NCBI RefSeq assembly: GCF_006345805.1
Contig: NC_043015.1
Span: 3,348,001 to 3,412,000 of the forward strand
Reading direction: 5' to 3'
Length of the DNA stretch: 64,000 bases
Origin: Octopus sinensis
Taxonomy: Eukaryota
The notes beneath the pieces were generated by a model. The model was not told the origin of the DNA and searched no databases. It worked only from the letters and a program-made list of their open reading frames with translations. Position numbers and translations under genes: made by a program. Of this stretch, positions 1 to 13,060 are shown piece after piece; positions within the stretch are counted from its first letter, which is position 1, and each line of letters starts with the position of its first letter.

Positions 1-256
1 AATTCTATAACTTATAAAATAGATATATTGGTAATAATATACCGTGCAATTATATTGTTCGTCACCATGTAATAAATCTTTTCAGTTGGCAGCGAAAACG
101 TGCATTTGAATAGGGTAAATTATTGATATTTGTTATATATTGTCTATAGATATAAAGTGTACTAAAGGACAACTAATAAAAAAAAGTACCAAGAGATATT
201 ACTTGAACAATTTATCGAACAGACAGAATATAATTATGAAGCAATATGTTAAATTG

Positions 257-320
<64 letters not shown>

Positions 321-1134
321 TTTCAACGTCTTCTTTTCCCAAATGGTCTTTTGTTTTTAGTTTTATATCACATTTTTGTCTCTTATACGATTTCATGCAT
401 CCTCCTAATCATTTCCTTCGTCGTCGTAGCCATCATATAAATCCGCTTCCTCGGCGTCATCAACGTCATGGTGATCGTGATATTATTTCTCATCATGACT
501 ATCATCAGTATGATCAACATTATTAACATATTATTATCCACTGTTGTCTTAATATATCATCACCATTATTATCATCATCGTATTTGTCATTATTCTCTCT
601 GTGCTAGTTGATGTCGTTGTCACATATATCATTGACGTCTGAGTCGTTTTATTGAAAATTATAATCACCATTGTCGTTGCTATCTTCACCGGCAATGCCT
701 TCTTTCACATCAACATCACCATCGTCTTCTATATTACTTGGTTATATAAGTTCACAACCTCTGCATAAATCTTTTTTTTTTTTAACGATGATTAAAATTA
801 ACGTAAATTCTTTCTATACTTCATGAAATAACGCACTATGATTTTGCAGTTTTATTTTTTAAACTACTTATGTATACTGTAGTATGAATTCTATAACTTA
901 TAAAATAGATATATTGGTAATAATATACCGTGCAATTATATTGTTCGTCACCATGTAATAAATCTTTTCAGTTGGCAGCGAAAACGTGCATTTGAATAGG
1001 GTAAATTATTGATATTTGTTATATATTGTCTATAGATATAAAGTGTACTAAAGGACAACTAATAAAAAAAGTACCAAGAGATATTACTGAACAATTTATC
1101 GAACAGACAGAATATAATTATGAAGCAATATGTT

Positions 1135-1175
<41 letters not shown>

Positions 1176-1180
1176 TATAT
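1..1180 (+). repeat. Direct duplication, period 886 bp (about 1-260 repeated at about 887-1145), each copy ending in (TA)n
   Basis: aattctataacttataaaatag... starts at 1 and at 887; the copies match for about 255 bp apart from a 1-nt indel (ttacttgaac vs ttactgaac). The upstream extent lies outside the window. Confidence 0.9.
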
Positions 1181-1182
1181 AT

Positions 1183-1353
1183 TTTCCTCTGTCTTCCCTT
1201 CTCGGGATCTTTCCTTCTCCTAAGTTTCCGGCGAAGAGCTCCGCTCGAAACGTTAAACCCTCCTTCTTCCCTTCTTTCCTGAGCGTCCAATAATACTTTA
1301 TTTATTCCACGTCTTCGCGTTGTTGTGTTTTTTTGTGTTTTCTTGTTTGGATT

Positions 1354-1358
<5 letters not shown>
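1183..1358 (+). mobile_element. Short (TA)n-flanked repeat, probable Penelope-like pLTR fragment with a degenerate hammerhead
   Basis: Bounded by (TA)n on both sides; contains gttt-CCGGCGA-a-gagc(tcc)gctc-GAAAC-GTT-aaac at 1224-1258. Confidence 0.55.
1224..1258 (+). ncRNA. Minimal type I hammerhead fold with core substitutions (U4C, A6G)
   Basis: Stem I GUUU/AAAC, stem II GAGC/GCUC, palindromic stem III ACGU, GUU triplet; core reads CCGGCGA instead of CUGANGA. Confidence 0.5.
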
Positions 1359-1403
<45 letters not shown>

Positions 1404-1404
<1 letters not shown>

Positions 1405-1570
1405 AAAAAAGGAGATGTCAAGCACGAGTGGTGATATATAAAAAAGGAACTCTAATCTCTCTTTTATATTTCGATAAGCATAACAATGCGCAACCGGTAA
1501 AAAGAACTTTCACCTATTAAATTACTTAAATTACTTCAATTATTTGTCAGCATTTTCTTCATTTCCTTTT
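1404..1570. mobile_element. Fold-back family A, collapsed single-arm copy between (TA)n runs
   Basis: Same sequence as 21226-21505 and 25591-25901, in reverse orientation; one arm and the loop are missing, with the junction at the shared microhomology aaggaa (1444-1449). Confidence 0.8.
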
Positions 1571-1611
1571 ATATATATATATATATATTATATATATATA
1601 TATACAAAAAA

Positions 1612-1778
1612 TATATACGACGTACTACTTTCAGTTTCCGTCTACCAAATCCTCTCACAAGGTTTTGGTCGGGCCGAGGCTATAGTAGAAGACACTTGCC
1701 TAAGTTGCAACGCAGTGCGGCTGAAACCGGAACTTGTTTTTGGTAAGCAAGCTACTTAACACACAGCCACTCATACGC
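1612..1778 (-). mobile_element. tRNA-derived SINE with CORE-like segment
   Basis: The minus strand reads gagtggctgtgtgttaagtagcttgc...ccggtttcagcc...cttaggcaagtgtctt (decayed A/B boxes, then a CORE-like ccttgggcaagt-type motif). Confidence 0.7.
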
Positions 1779-1801
1779 GTATATATAAATATAAATGTAT
1801 A

Positions 1802-1845
<44 letters not shown>

Positions 1846-2147
1846 TGGAGGCGCAATGGCTTAGTGATTATGGCAGCGGACTCGCGGTCGCAGGATCGCG
1901 GTTTCGATTCTCAGACCGGGCGTTGTGTGTGTTTATTGACCGAAAACACCTAAAAGCTCCACGAGACTCCGGCTAGGGGTGGTGATCCCTGTTGTACTCT
2001 TTCACCACTCTTTCTCCCACTCTTTCTTCTGTTGGCGTGCTTGCTTAGCCAGCGGGGTAGCGTCATTCGAAGGCTAAAACAATGCGAACGCATTGTGAAC
2101 AGCGATGTGTAACAACATCCGATAGTCTGGTCGGTCACGTTATCACG
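1846..2147 (+). mobile_element. tRNA-derived SINE, family H with tail type 1
   Basis: A box tggcttagtga, B box gtttcgattc; near-identical over about 290 bp to 15209-15498. Confidence 0.9.
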
Positions 2148-2282
2148 CTATATTTATATATGTATATATATTCATATGTATGTGTGTATGCACGTATGTA
2201 TGTGCACACTGACATACGTACGTACACACAAACAGACTGACATACAGAAACACACACACGCGTATATGTATTTAAATAATAT

Positions 2283-2460
2283 TTTACTTGTTTCACTCGT
2301 AAAATGGATCATGCTCGGACACCGCCTTCAAAAGTTTTACTAGACTTGGCCGCAATATTTATGTTTTTAAAGCCTGTTATTTAGTCTCTCGGTCCTAGGA
2401 CTTAGTATAAGACAGTTAAACAAGGTACATCCCAGTGGAATTGAACCCGGAAATACCTGG
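2283..2460 (-). mobile_element. Decayed tRNA-derived SINE
   Basis: B-box-like ccgggttcaattcc on the minus strand; the end tttacttgtttca is shared with 15905-16025. Confidence 0.5.
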
Positions 2461-3612
2461 CCGTCTATTATTCACATTAAAATTCTATTTACACTTATGT
2501 GCAATCTAGTTTCCCTGCTAGACTGTTCGCTTAGTTCGTAAGTTTTCTGCACATGTTTGAAAGTATTTTGCGATAACGGGATACATGAACGAAAAGAAAA
2601 CAAATCCGAGCTATTAGAAATATCAATTTGATATGGTTTGGAATTTGCCAGCTATATCTCTCAACAGGTGTCTTCTTCAAAAAATATACAAGTTTTCGAG
2701 TGGGTTATAATAGAATGCACATACAAGGATAAGATAAATTACTTCGCCCTTTTATAGCTGACGTGAAAGCAACTGTGCAATAAACCGCTAAAACTGTAAT
2801 ATAATATCAACAGAAAGCCGAAGTTTAGATTCCTGTGCTAGAATTTTTTCCCGTAAATTTTTTATAAGATCGTTCATTTTGTTAGAGGATGCTATCTAAT
2901 CTTCCCATGCTTGTGACACTCCACAATAGTACTACTAGTTAAAGAAAACAACCTGTTTGTACAGTTAACTCATATTGGATACGAAACATATTTTTGATAA
3001 ATGCGATGTCAAAATAACCTCTACTAACAAGATATACACAGATTTAACTTATTCTGAATTTTAAGTACTCACATTACTAGCATAACTATTCTCTAAGCAT
3101 TCCCAACAAATCAAAGGCTATTCGAATATCAGCATATCAGCATGCATTTGGCATCTGGGTAAATACTACATGGCAAGCGAGTGACGGAGGGCATATTCAC
3201 TCTGCACTGTCGCATCACATGAGACGTCACCCTCTGAGTGAATTTTTTCAGGTACATTTCAATCGTGAGGAAATACTGAACAAGAATCTAACCTTTTAAG
3301 CCATATTGACTGTCACTAGGTTTGCAATATCTACCCGAAAGTGTCTATGTCCCAGCGGCGACGAATCACACTAAAATATGTGACAAATATTGTTTACATG
3401 GGTATTAAATATGAATAAAAGCCCGCAATTTAAAACAAATTTCCGGCAGATGAGCAAAGTTGCAAACATGTGTCCGTAAATTGAAACTGTTAATTAATTA
3501 TAGAGAAATGATCCTATAATGTCGTCTATAAAACCGCTACAGATCCTACACACGTGCAAACAAACACATTAGCACACACAAACACATATACATGCTTGGA
3601 TACATACATATG

Positions 3613-3616
3613 TTGT

Positions 3617-3680
<64 letters not shown>

Positions 3681-3710
3681 TGTGTGTGTGTTGTGTGTGT
3701 GTGTGTGTGT
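3613..3710. repeat. (TG)n microsatellite
   Basis: Direct inspection. Confidence 0.95.
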
Positions 3711-3921
3711 TGATTTTATAGTCCGCTGTACACACATTTAACGTATGATTGAAGATATTCTTTTCATATCGAAAACTATACGAAAAAGATCTAAGTATCA
3801 CAACATCATAAGAATTTATTATTTCAAGTGTACGACATCAAATATACTTTTCTTTATTCTATTATGAGCATTAATCTTTTCAGTAATTGCACTTATTTAC
3901 ACTGTTCATATATGTATATAT

Positions 3922-3972
<51 letters not shown>

Positions 3973-4029
3973 CATTATTGGTGAATTGAAGAAATGGAGC
4001 TGAACGCAGATTGAACAGAAATCGTTTTA

Positions 4030-4119
4030 TTTCATTCTACACGTGTTTCGAAAGGCACAAATTACCAAAATCCGATTGAATAATGGGACCATATTGTGTC
4101 TTTCTCTTCAGGAAGAAAA
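4030..4119 (-). ncRNA. Type I hammerhead ribozyme, canonical core (mirror copy)
   Basis: Exact reverse complement of 4289-4378. Confidence 0.8.
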
Positions 4120-4288
4120 AAGGAAATCCGTTGGAAAAACAAAACCGAACAGAGGCAGAGCAAAAAACAAATCGAACTGTGCTCCTAAGAGCCCATGGCG
4201 AGAGTTTCGCCATGGGCTCTTAGGAGCACAGTTCGATTTGTTTTTTGCTCTGCCTCTGTTCGGTTTTTGTTTTTCAACGGATTTCCTT

Positions 4289-4378
4289 TTTTCTTCCTGA
4301 AGAGAAAGACACAATATGGTCCCATTATTCAATCGGATTTTGGTAATTTGTGCCTTTCGAAACACGTGTAGAATGAAA
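4289..4378 (+). ncRNA. Type I hammerhead ribozyme, canonical core
   Basis: Stem I UUUUCUUC/GAAUGAAA (one mismatch); CUGAAGA 4297-4303; stem II GAAAG-A-CACAA/UUGUG-C-CUUUC; GAAAC 4359-4363; palindromic stem III ACACGUGU; GUA triplet, predicted cut after 4370. Confidence 0.8.
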
Positions 4379-4631
4379 TAAAACGATTTCTGTTCAATCT
4401 GCGTTCAGCTCCATTTCTTCATTCACCAATAATGTTTTAATTTCAATTATCCGCACCAACGCACGGTTGCAACGCCAGATGGTTGTACCTCCAACCGTGC
4501 TGTTCACTGCTGTGATTTTGCTACTAAGGTATCGGTTAAACTTTTGATTAATCCACTACAAGATTATTCATCTTTCTATTTCACATAATATATATATATA
4601 TATATATATATGTACATATATTCATACATAC

Positions 4632-4682
<51 letters not shown>

Positions 4683-5200
4683 TATATCTGTAAAAGTTTG
4701 TGCCTATTCATCTAGCAGTATATATATCTATATCTCTAAATTAATCAATCTATATATCTGCCTATACATCTATATAAGTATGCATACACTCAGAGACACA
4801 TTTATTTGTATGCATGATTCTGTATAGACTGCAACGAATATGAAATCGAGTAAAAGAAATGCAGTGAGTCTCTCCCACAGGCTATGTATTATGTGAGTGG
4901 GAATAGTTTTCTTCACTCTGTTCTGTGTTCTGCAAACACGACGTTACGTTATAAATAACAGGTAAACATAAATGAAATGACGCACGATTGTTTATAGAAA
5001 ATGAACTTATTCACGGCATAATGAAGAGAACAGGAAACGACAGAGGCGTATAACAAATGTTATGTAGATACACATTCTGCAATACAATAACATAGACGTG
5101 TTTTCAGATACGTATACGTAGGCACAAATATTGCAACGTGCTTCGATGTTTTTAAACACACACAAAAAAAATCGTATGTATATAATTTTCAATGATTGGG

Positions 5201-5256
<56 letters not shown>

Positions 5257-5358
5257 ATCAATATATACGTGTTTGTCCATGGGTGCGTGCATGTCTGTGT
5301 ATATCTGCATACAAGTACAGATTTAAAACACACTCATCTATTTATTAAGAATAAATTA

Positions 5359-5466
5359 ATGCGCTGTTTTTAAAGCCTAGTAAGTCTCATGGGCCCGGTT
5401 TCCCGGTTTCTATGGCGTATGTGTTCCCCAGCCGGACGGGACGCCAGTCCATCACAGTGTTACTCA
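5359..5466 (-). mobile_element. SINE 3' fragment (tail type 2)
   Basis: The minus strand gtgatggactggcgtcccgtccggctggggaacacatacgcc matches the tail at 37998-38090. Confidence 0.7.
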
Positions 5467-6999
5467 TTTACCTGAACGATAAATTCAATAATGGCTAAAA
5501 ATCTCCGGTATGAACAAAGACGCATATTATGTTACCTGGAATGTACAAATGTAGAGAATTTCTATTTTACGGAAACATGAGATGAATATCAATATCAATA
5601 TGTATTTCTATGAATCATTGTTTTAGATATATATATATATATTATATATATATATATATATACTCACTCTTGGAATGTATAGTGAAACCAAAGCCTATAT
5701 AGTATATTTTTACTCTCATTTGGCGAATTAGATTACGACTGGAAATGAAGTGCAGTTCGTCTGAAATTACTAAAGAAAAAGGAACGAGTATATGTGTATG
5801 TGATGTAGCTAGCGTTATCTCCTGTTTAAATGTTCAAATAATTGAACGCAGCAGCATCGAAATGAAATGATTTTTATATAGAATTAGTGGATAAAGGCAT
5901 ATTCAAAATGAGCGGTATAATAAAGGAGATTGTAATTCCTTTCGTCTCTAGATATCCAAATTAAGAGATTTTCAATAAAACACTACAGTATACAAAATAT
6001 TATTTCGGCAGGGCTAACGCACGACAAATACTACATAATGGACGCAAAATAAAACAACGCGGTTTAACGCACAATCATCAATAATAGTGGACATAACATA
6101 CAGTTAGTTTCCTTCAAACAACATAGCCAGTTATACGTTCGAGCACTCTACAATGACGCTCGTAAGCACATCATCTGTCTTCTCTCTCTCTCCTTCTCTC
6201 TCTTTCCCTCCCTCACTCTCTCTCCCTCTCTCTCTACCGAACTCTTAGCTTTTGTTTACCTGCACTTATATTTTCAAGGCGTTTCTTTTTCATGTGATAT
6301 CATTTGGCCTTCCACCATCGCGCCTTCTAGTTTTCTAGTGAATTTCCGCTCTTTAAATGACAAAAAGTTGTAATATATCAACAAGAGACAACTTCCGTAT
6401 TCTTCAAAAGGTTCACATCTTATGGTGTTACTAAGCGTTTGCATTTCTCGTTTTTTTCGGTTTTTTTCTGTTCAATATCACACATTAGTTATTTTTTTTC
6501 ATTTATTCATTTACGTACCAATTTGAAATTATATGAGTTGTCTCAGGAAATGCCTTGCCATGGACATTTCTATCATTTCTATCCAGAATTTCTTTGATGT
6601 TTTCTCCATTTCATACAATGATTGATACCAGATATTTAACTATATCGACTTATTTAGAAGTTGTTTCTATATTGCTCACTTTAAAAGATTTTTTTTATAT
6701 CCGTACAAATTTTCCTCTTAAAACTTTGGTCTGTTTGCTCAATTATATATACAAACGTACGAACTAACATTTCTGTTTTTTCCGCAACTGTTGTTACAAC
6801 GATTGTATGAAATTTGTTGAAAAGAAAATGTATGAGGCTTATTTCATGAAAGGCATATTTTTTAGGGTAACGCTTTTATTTCATTAGGGTATAATAAGCG
6901 CGTGTATTCACATTTTAATGAGTTTTGTTCTGTAGATAATAATTTATGAAATAGTTTTTCAAATTCATATTGGTGTCACCGTCTGAAGCCGAATTCCGA

Positions 7000-7220
7000 T
7001 GGTAATCATATCTGACATTGTATGATATATGAACACCAAATGTACATTTCAATTATGTAAACAGCAAGAAATCGTTAGTCTTGCTGTCCAATGGTTGTTT
7101 ATGTGTCCGGACATAACAAGTATTCACTGTATCGTTTCGATGGAAAATCCATTCTTCCCCATAGACATCTGTATTTTAATAAGCACATTTTACTAAGAGT
7201 GAGATTCTAAAAATAATACT
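7000..7220 (-). pseudogene. Possible heavily decayed GIY-YIG (Penelope-like) fragment
   Basis: Minus-strand frames give ..CLLKYRCLW.. and ..TCYVRTHKQPLDSK.., loosely like the VYxxxC...YVGxTxxxLxxR pattern; weak. Confidence 0.3.
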
Positions 7221-8070
7221 TAGGTGTACTCCCAAGTAACTGCAAGAATATTTACAAACCAGTTCGAGTCAGGTATCAACTTGATCAAAACAACTCATTC
7301 ATAAGCTAAAGACGGTGACTAATATTGCTGAGTGGAATCCCCATCATCTCTCTGCTTTCTGTTCATCATTGAATAGTAGACATTTCTGGGCAAGAATATC
7401 ATACGTTATTGAAAGGTTGGTACTCAATAATCTTCTCCAGCAAGAACGACAAGGTTTAACAAACAATGAAAGAAGAGAATCGATCCACAAAATTTTATTG
7501 CACCCGAAAAGGGTTTGGTTTTTTATGTTTAATGTCGAAAGGATAGCCTGAAGTGTGAATCCGAAACAGGTGAGGTAATGGTGAAAGATTTAAGTATTAT
7601 AACTAGTTTACCTTTGCTTCACAACTTGATGACATTACACCAGTAGGGAACAAAATCAATAGTATTCTGATAACACAAATCGATGCTGACAGTGTTATAG
7701 GCCCGGCTTGCTGAACTTGTGAAGATATACACATGGAAAATATTAAACAACTCCATTCCATATAATAAAAGATGGCAAATGAATATTTATGATTATATCT
7801 CTAAGACCGAAATTAAATTAGAAATATATAATGCTACAACTACTACAAAAATAATAACAATCTCTTTAAGAGCACCTATGTTGCAAAAGGTTGAACTAAA
7901 TCGCTGACGCACCAGAAAAAAAGTCGTAAATGTATATTGTCATTAAAGATTTGTTTTTAATGTTATTTTCATAATTATTTTTACACTTCAAAACTATATT
8001 AAATAATTGTCATACACATCCAAATACACATACACACACATAACTGCACGCACACAAACACGCACACGCA

Positions 8071-8169
<99 letters not shown>

Positions 8170-9467
8170 TTACTGTTCCGTTAATGCTAAATCAATAGAG
8201 TGCGCCGACTAGAAAAGATAAAAATATCTTTCAAAGTACGCTGTTCCACAATTGAAGTGCTAATATTTTCCTACTCTCAAGACACATCGTTGGGCATGTT
8301 TTTATTACAGGTGTTGCATCTCCCAGCTCTGTCCACCCTCTGGACGCATAGTGTATTTAATTTGAACCATTGGCCACAAGTACAAAGCAAAGCACTGTAA
8401 TAAAATAGAACGATAGAGTTGATTCACAACGTGGAATTACATTACAAAAATTTAATAAAAATGGAGAAAGAAGGGATAAATAAACTTAATCTGGAGATAG
8501 ACCAAGTTTATTTGTTGTCCGTCAGTTCACCAAAGGAAATGTTATCCATTTGCTGGACCTTTCGAATCTGACTTAGTCATGTGTTAGATTTCTGTGATCT
8601 AAAAGTAATATGACATTTTTCACATATACATAAATTGCATGCATTAGATCCATTGACCTATGACATAGATTTATCCACGATAATCTACCTCATTGTATGT
8701 GGAGGGCAGTTCTTTTCAAATTTCATCCATTGCTAAGCAATTTGATGCCACTACTTTTTTCCATATGGCGGAAAGGAGATTCGTGATTTAAATAATGTGT
8801 TTTGAAATTGCCTTCTTAAATCCGATAAATGTTCTTTCTTTTATATTATTTTGGAGCGTCACAGTAACGTATCCACAATAGATTACATAGATTACATGTA
8901 CGCGATATCAAGCGGCTAAGCTTCAGGGTCTCGTTAATTGCAATTGGGCTGGAACCTTTGATGATGCATACGAATGATAATGTTCTTCATATGTCTGTTT
9001 GTGTGCATGTGTGTGTGTGTTTGCGTGTGTGTTCGTGCGTGTGTTTGTGTATGTGCGTGTGTATTGAGCAGTAGCATGTAATACATGGTACATTTTAAAA
9101 CATATTTATAATACATGCGTGTTTCTGTATGCGTTTTGATTGTGTATCTGTCTATGTATGTGTGTGTGTCTATGTATATATATATTAATGGATGTATATA
9201 CCCATTTGTATGTACGTACGTAAGGCTGCAATAATGCAGATCAAACTGAAAAAGACTTAAGTTTTGGAAATTGGTGATTTCTAAATCTATATTGTTCTTT
9301 GTAACATTTTCGAGTCAGTTTTACCACTAGATGTATTCCTTTCATTTAATGATATTTTTATCTGTAGCACTTACTTCAATGACTGCCTTTGTCTTAGCTG
9401 CTATTTATGTAAATGCATCTGTGTTCTGTCTGGAAATTACCTAAAGAATTATTTTCCGTTACTTTAT

Positions 9468-9513
<46 letters not shown>

Positions 9514-11608
9514 TGATGTTTTCGTATTTTGTTACGTCTCTTTTCAAAGTGCGGTGGCAAATGGATGGATTTTCTTGAAATACTGATTAAATTGGCTCCA
9601 TTAGTTGCAACGAAATTTCTATTTCAAGATCAGATCTAACATATAACATACATACAGTAAAATAATTCCTGAAATATTTCATTGTAATAAGAATTGAGAC
9701 TACCGACTTTAGGCACACCGTATTTGAAGAAGATCTTTATGTAGTGATAATTGAAATCGTATGACTTTAAATGGTGTTGGATTCAGTTCTTATATACGTT
9801 TTATACATTTCGGTATTGACGTGAGAAAATTATTCAGTCACATTTGATAATATATGAGAATATAATTTTTAGGAATATCAAGTAAATTACCAACATTACT
9901 TCAACGTATTCAAAATAGAAGTGCTTATTGTTCCAGGAGTTTGAGATGCGTATTCATTCATATATACAGAAAACGTGCAGAAATCCGTGCCCATAATTAT
10001 CTAAATAGCTCCACACATCGCACGCGCAAATACAGACACACACATTCACCAATATTTACACACACGTGAACACACGGTGACGTGAAAGTATATATATATA
10101 GATATATATGTATGTATATGAAGATATGTATGTATGTAAATCTATATATATATATATATTTGCAAGCATACATGCACACATGTGCACACGTCCAATTTTT
10201 GTAGAAAGGCAGGCACGTGTGGATCCCTGCAACACTTCATTCGATTACAGTAAATATCTAAAAAATATATTACTCTAAATAAAGAATATTTATACATAGT
10301 TTTAAGAAGTAACTTATGTGGAAAAATAATCTTAGGAAATGGTGTTCTTAACTGAAATACGTATATGTATGCACACCCTATGAATATAGGTATTCAATAA
10401 TTTAAGAAGGGACAGACACTACCCAGTTCAACTCATAGATGATGGAATCAGATTTGCAATACAAATAATGTTGATACATTTGATTATTACACACATACTT
10501 GTAGATCCATTAGAAAAAGAAATGGACAATTTATCGCAAATGCAGGTATGATCTGCAAAAGCTGAAATTTGATGAGGTGCATCATATGCCCAAATTGCAA
10601 GTAACTATATAGTGATGAGAGAAGAAATGCATTATCGGAACGCTCACGAGTTCAAATACAACAAATTCCGAACTGTAATGTTCGCAAAATTCTATTGGTT
10701 GAAACGTGTTCAGAAAATACCTCTAATTTCTCCTTTCCACAAACTACATGACAGAAGTGAAGTTGGCAGAAAGACAATAGAACAACGGTTTACTAAAATA
10801 TTCAAATCTGTTGTGAATAAAAAAAAATATCGTTAACATATGAATATAAACAAATGTCAACCTGAAGCAAAAAAACAATCATGTTTATACACAGGCAACT
10901 CGTATATACAAAATATATATATATTCTTTATATTTACGCATGATTTTATGTCTTAACGTGTGGAAAAAGACGTTCATATTCATATTTTAACAAATAAATC
11001 TATACATATCTCAGTTGTTCGGTTTTGTAACACGATTTCAACACTTTTCTTAGAAGCACGATGTTTTTAATTATACGAAATAAATTTTAATGGTGAACTG
11101 TATAATGTTGTGACATTAATTGCGGAATCCATACAAATAACGATACTTAATAAGTTTTCTTTTGCTATTCTGCAACAAAATTTTAACATTTTTTATACTT
11201 TGATTTTTGTAAACTTCTCCGTGCTTTATAAGTTCCTGAACAACATATTTACTCATCTCCAATAATATATATATATATATATATTAAGCTTTCACCTGGT
11301 ATTCAAATTTTACTCAAGAATCTAGCGAAATATATTCAATATTTATGATTACTAATTCATCTCGTATTGAATTAGAGATTTGACTTCATAGGAAATACCG
11401 TGATGATAAAATATTTTATTTATATCTAATGCAATTCCATATACCGTATTCGTTTTGATCTTTCAACATAACGTCTTTTGCAACGGTCCGAATCATATTC
11501 ATTAGATTGGCATTAAACTGAAACGTAGTTCATTTTCCTGACACACACACACAACATATACATACACCCGCCCATATATATATATATATATATATAATAT
11601 ATATATAT

Positions 11609-11656
<48 letters not shown>

Positions 11657-12039
11657 TGATTGATTGATAGATAGATAGATACATAGATAGGTAAATATAT
11701 AGATATAGATATATATTTCTTTGTGAGTTTCAGGTTGAGAAACCGACTAAAGCATAGTATCTATCCAATATACTGCTGGTAGTGTACCCTATTGTTCATA
11801 ATAAAATGATAGTTATTGCATGACAACCTCGCAATTGAATGGATAAATTACGTACCGGTTGCGTACTGGAGTCGATCTAATCGATGGCTCCCTCCCCAGA
11901 AATTGCGAGCCTTTTGCCTAGAGCAAAAAAGAATACAAAATGCATACCCTACTGCGTTATAGCTACAAATTATATGTGAATTCCTGTATATATTTAATTG
12001 TTTAATAGCATATATGTGCATGGGAAAACATTGGTTCAC

Positions 12040-13060
12040 CCATGATTTATACGGCAAATAACAAAATGGAGAGTACATAAAATCGAGAGACATCAGCCAG
12101 TTAACATTCAAGTATGTCATCCGTCAGTTGTTCAGGAACAGGAGAAAAACATCGTCAAATCTCTGTGCGGACTTCAACGAGGCAAGTACTTCACAAATGT
12201 CAACCGTAACTGTTAGAAGGCGTATAGAGTTCGGTCTGAAAGGCTATAAAGCCAGGAAGAAACTGCTGGTTTCTGAAGCGAATAAGGAGAAACGTCTTCA
12301 GTGGGCCAAAAAACCATTAAAATTCGACCTGTGAGGAATGGTGAAAAGTCATATGGCCTGAAGAGAGTAACTATGAGGTAAGAGAGTACATGTATTCAAT
12401 CAACATATAAACATAATGTAACTAGTTTTTTGCCCAAAATATATAAAAAAAAGTATTCAACATACAACTATATAATATTATATTTCATGTTTTTACTCAG
12501 GTTTCCGGTACGCCTGATGCAACTTTCGTAGGTCTCAGAATTGGGAGGGCATTTAAGGCTGAATGTCTGGTACCAACTGTAAAACATGGAGATGGTTCTA
12601 TTATGGTGTGGGCCTGCATGTATGCCACAGTACCGGGAGGAATATTTTTTTAATTATCAGGGAAGGATGAATTCAGCTACATATGTTTCTATGTTATCGT
12701 ATGTTTCAGGGATATCAATTGCTAAATTGCATCCAGGAGTGTCGAAAAAGAGTGTTATTTTTCATCAGGACAACGCTCCATGTCATACAGCAAAAAAATA
12801 CTCGTCAATGGTTTGAGACACAGAGTATTATCCCTATGCATTGGTCGGTTCAAAGTCCCGATCTATATCCAAACCAACATCTATGAGAAACTCTTGATAG
12901 CTATCATCAGGAACACAACAATAAAAAAGAACATCTGTAACAATACTTGAGAGAATTATGGAGTAAAATTGCACCTAGCACCTGGAAGAAACCAGTTGAT
13001 TCAATGCCTAACCGTAGAAAAGCGGTGATTGATGCTAAAGAAGGGTTAGCCAGATATTAT
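12040..13060 (+). mobile_element. Tc1-family transposase remnant (DD34E type) with frameshifts and an apparent intron
   Basis: Motifs TVRRRI..GLKGYKARKKLL, RLQWA, IWPEES, CLVPTVKHGDGSIMVWACM, QDNAPCH, QSPDLYP, VDSMPNRRKAVIDAK. TIRs not identified. Confidence 0.9.
12378..12500 (+). other. Putative 123-nt phase-0 spliceosomal intron in the Tc1 transposase
   Basis: gag|GTAAGA...tttttactcAG|gtt; removal joins IWPEESNYE in frame to VSGTPDATFV...PTVKHG; the insert is AT-rich and has an in-frame stop. Confidence 0.7.

Larger units (their letters stand above)
3971..4590. mobile_element. Fold-back element: near-perfect 466-bp palindrome (3971-4436, loop gagtt at 4202-4206) plus an unpaired tail of about 150 bp, between (TA)n runs
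   Basis: The arms are reverse complements differing by a few single-base indels; this explains the mirror ORFs at 4043+ and 4108-. Confidence 0.9.

Noticed and set aside
1846-1920. tRNA gene calls at SINE heads (also 15209, 40950-41018, 41055, 63860-63930)
   Set aside because: A and B boxes are present, but there is no intact cloverleaf, and each continues into a repeat body.
4043-4365. Two near-identical 85-aa ORFs on opposite strands
   Set aside because: They are a by-product of the palindrome and show no recognisable motif.
7555-7585. CTGAAGT...CGAAACAGGTG hammerhead-like string
   Set aside because: A9 is changed, position 17 is G and stems I and II are unconvincing; at best a fossil.
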